17,438 bases of DNA. It comes from Vulcanimicrobiaceae bacterium. Lineage in GTDB: Bacteria > Vulcanimicrobiota > Vulcanimicrobiia > Vulcanimicrobiales > Vulcanimicrobiaceae. Within the stretch, counting starts at the first letter, position 1. The number at the start of each line of letters is the position of its first letter. Under the pieces are notes generated by a model. That model was not told the origin of the DNA, did not search any database, and saw only the letters and a list, made by a program, of their open reading frames with translations. The stretch spans positions 1-17,438 of the forward strand of contig JBHEMM010000022.1 of NCBI GenBank assembly GCA_046262595.1, in the 5' to 3' direction. Both the position numbers and the translations under genes were made by a program. Shown piece after piece: positions 16,035 through 17,438 of the stretch.

Positions 16035-17438
16035 CCTGCGCGAAGGCTCGCGCAGCTTTCACCCGCAAACGGGCGAACGCGGCATACATGTCGGCAGTCG
16101 GACGGGCGTCGCCGCTTTGAACCGCTCCCTCTAAATTCGCGAGGGCGTCGGCGATGAAACGCAGGCTGCCGAAGTCTTGCGCCGGCGTTCCGACGGAATC
16201 GTCGGGCGAACTGACGGGAGCGGTTCCCGCAAGCGCCTGCAGCGAGGGACGCGATTTCAGCAGCGCCGCAACGCGCGTTGCGGCCGTTCTCACGCGCGCC
16301 GCCTCGTTTTCGATCGCTACCGTCAAGGCGAACTGCGCGCGCAGATCCGCATCCGTCGCGGGGTAGGTCGGGTCGCGCCGCAATTGCAGCGCCTGCGTGT
16401 ACGTGCGCCCGCCCGCCGTTAAACGCACGAGATAGTGTCCGGGCGGTGCAAGCGGCCCGTTTCCCCCACGCCTGCGTCGCGCTCCCGTCATTCCCGCGTA
16501 GTGCAAATCCCAATAGAAGCGGTGCGCGCCGGGAGTTGACGGCGGCGGCAGCTGCGGCTGCAGCCAAAACGCCGGGATGTCCACGAGCTTGGGATCGATC
16601 GTGACGGGCGGATCGCTCGAAGACCATTGCCGCACGGTGCGTCCCGATGCATCCGCAATCTCCAAGCGCACCCGGCCGCTTCCGGACGCCAAGTAATAAT
16701 CGAGCGCAGCGCCCGTTTGCGGATTGGGTAGTGCGTATTCATCCGGAGGCAGCGGCGTACCGTCATCGCTTCCCGCGCGCGTGCGGTAAGCGACGGCCGG
16801 CGCGAACAGATGCGCGGTGCTTTTCGCGACCGCCGCCGTGGTTTGCCGCAGCGGCGAAGCGTTATCTAAAATCCAGATCCCGCGACCGTGCGTTCCCAGG
16901 ATGACGTCGTCGCCGTTGAACGTGATGTCGCGCATCGAAGCGGTGGGCAGATTGAGTTGCAGCGACTGCCAATTCCCTCCGTCGTTGAACGAGACGTACA
17001 CGTGGTGTTCGCCGCCGGCGTAGAGCAGGCCGCGCCGTTTTGGATCTTCGCGCACGACGTTGATCCACTCGCCCGAAGGTATGCCGCCCGCGATCGCCGT
17101 CCAATGCGCGCCGCCGTCATGCGTCTTGTACACGTACGGGCGGTTGTCGTCCAAGCGGTGGCGGTCCACTGCCGCATACGCGCTTTGCGCGTCGAAATGC
17201 GAAGCGTCGATAATGCCGATCTTGCTCCACGGTCCAAGGCCGGGGATTGAAACGTTTTTCCAATGCGCGCCTTCATCGCGGGTGAGCCAAATCAACCCGT
17301 CGTCGGTGCCGGCCCAAATGACGTGGGCGCGCGCCGGCGAGGGCGCGATCCAATATACGACGCCGCGCCGCGGCAAACGGGCGCAGTCGGCAATTGTCGA
17401 TGCGTCCAAATTCGGCGGATTGACGTTCGCTTTTTGGG
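16018..17438 (-). CDS. Partial (5' end beyond window) BNR/Asp-box beta-propeller protein, VPS10/sortilin-like 'glycosyl hydrolase'
   Basis: The frame stays open past 17409 to the window end (..QKANVNPPNLDAST..). Asp-box repeats WLTRDEGAHW, YKTHDGGAHW, YVSFNDGGNW; THGRGIWILD; C-terminal PGAHRFYWDL...PPGHYLVRL and a helical tail. Overlaps the S10 copy 2 stop by 17 bp. Confidence 0.9.
   Translation of the reverse strand, partial: QKANVNPPNLDASTIADCARLPRRGVVYWIAPSPARAHVIWAGTDDGLIWLTRDEGAHWKNVSIPGLGPWSKIGIIDASHFDAQSAYAAVDRHRLDDNRPYVYKTHDGGAHWTAIAGGIPSGEWINVVREDPKRRGLLYAGGEHHVYVSFNDGGNWQSLQLNLPTASMRDITFNGDDVILGTHGRGIWILDNASPLRQTTAAVAKSTAHLFAPAVAYRTRAGSDDGTPLPPDEYALPNPQTGAALDYYLASGSGRVRLEIADASGRTVRQWSSSDPPVTIDPKLVDIPAFWLQPQLPPPSTPGAHRFYWDLHYAGMTGARRRRGGNGPLAPPGHYLVRLTAGGRTYTQALQLRRDPTYPATDADLRAQFALTVAIENEAARVRTAATRVAALLKSRPSLQALAGTAPVSSPDDSVGTPAQDFGSLRFIADALANLEGAVQSGDARPTADMYAAFARLRVKAARAFAQVNGSK

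Noticed and set aside
7932..16627. Long alternative-frame or antisense ORFs (7932..8906, 11570..12448, 13632..14459, 14526..15377, 15245..16120, 16031..16627)
   Set aside because: Shadow ORFs of well-supported genes in high-GC DNA; Arg/Ala-rich, with no recognisable domains.

Overview
GC-rich bacterial window in two parts. Positions ~2163-17438 are a tightly packed core-type block: comEC (-), an NAD-dependent epimerase, an O-methyltransferase, an FAD-dependent monooxygenase (-), leuS (-), comEA, a long-chain acyl-CoA ligase, a PadR regulator, two tandem secreted S10 serine carboxypeptidases and a partial BNR/VPS10-type beta-propeller protein (-). Positions 1-~2160 are a lower-GC accessory tract abutting the comEC stop codon. 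It holds what looks like the extreme C-terminus of a polymorphic toxin (missed by the ORF track) followed by a probable immunity gene, an IS21-like end or mini-element, an unknown secreted Cys-containing protein, and a ~160 bp non-coding segment with repeated tRNA T-loop-like motifs. Assignments come from motif recognition only; no searches were run. The proteins remind me of Candidatus Eremiobacterota (Vulcanimicrobiota), which is an unverified impression.
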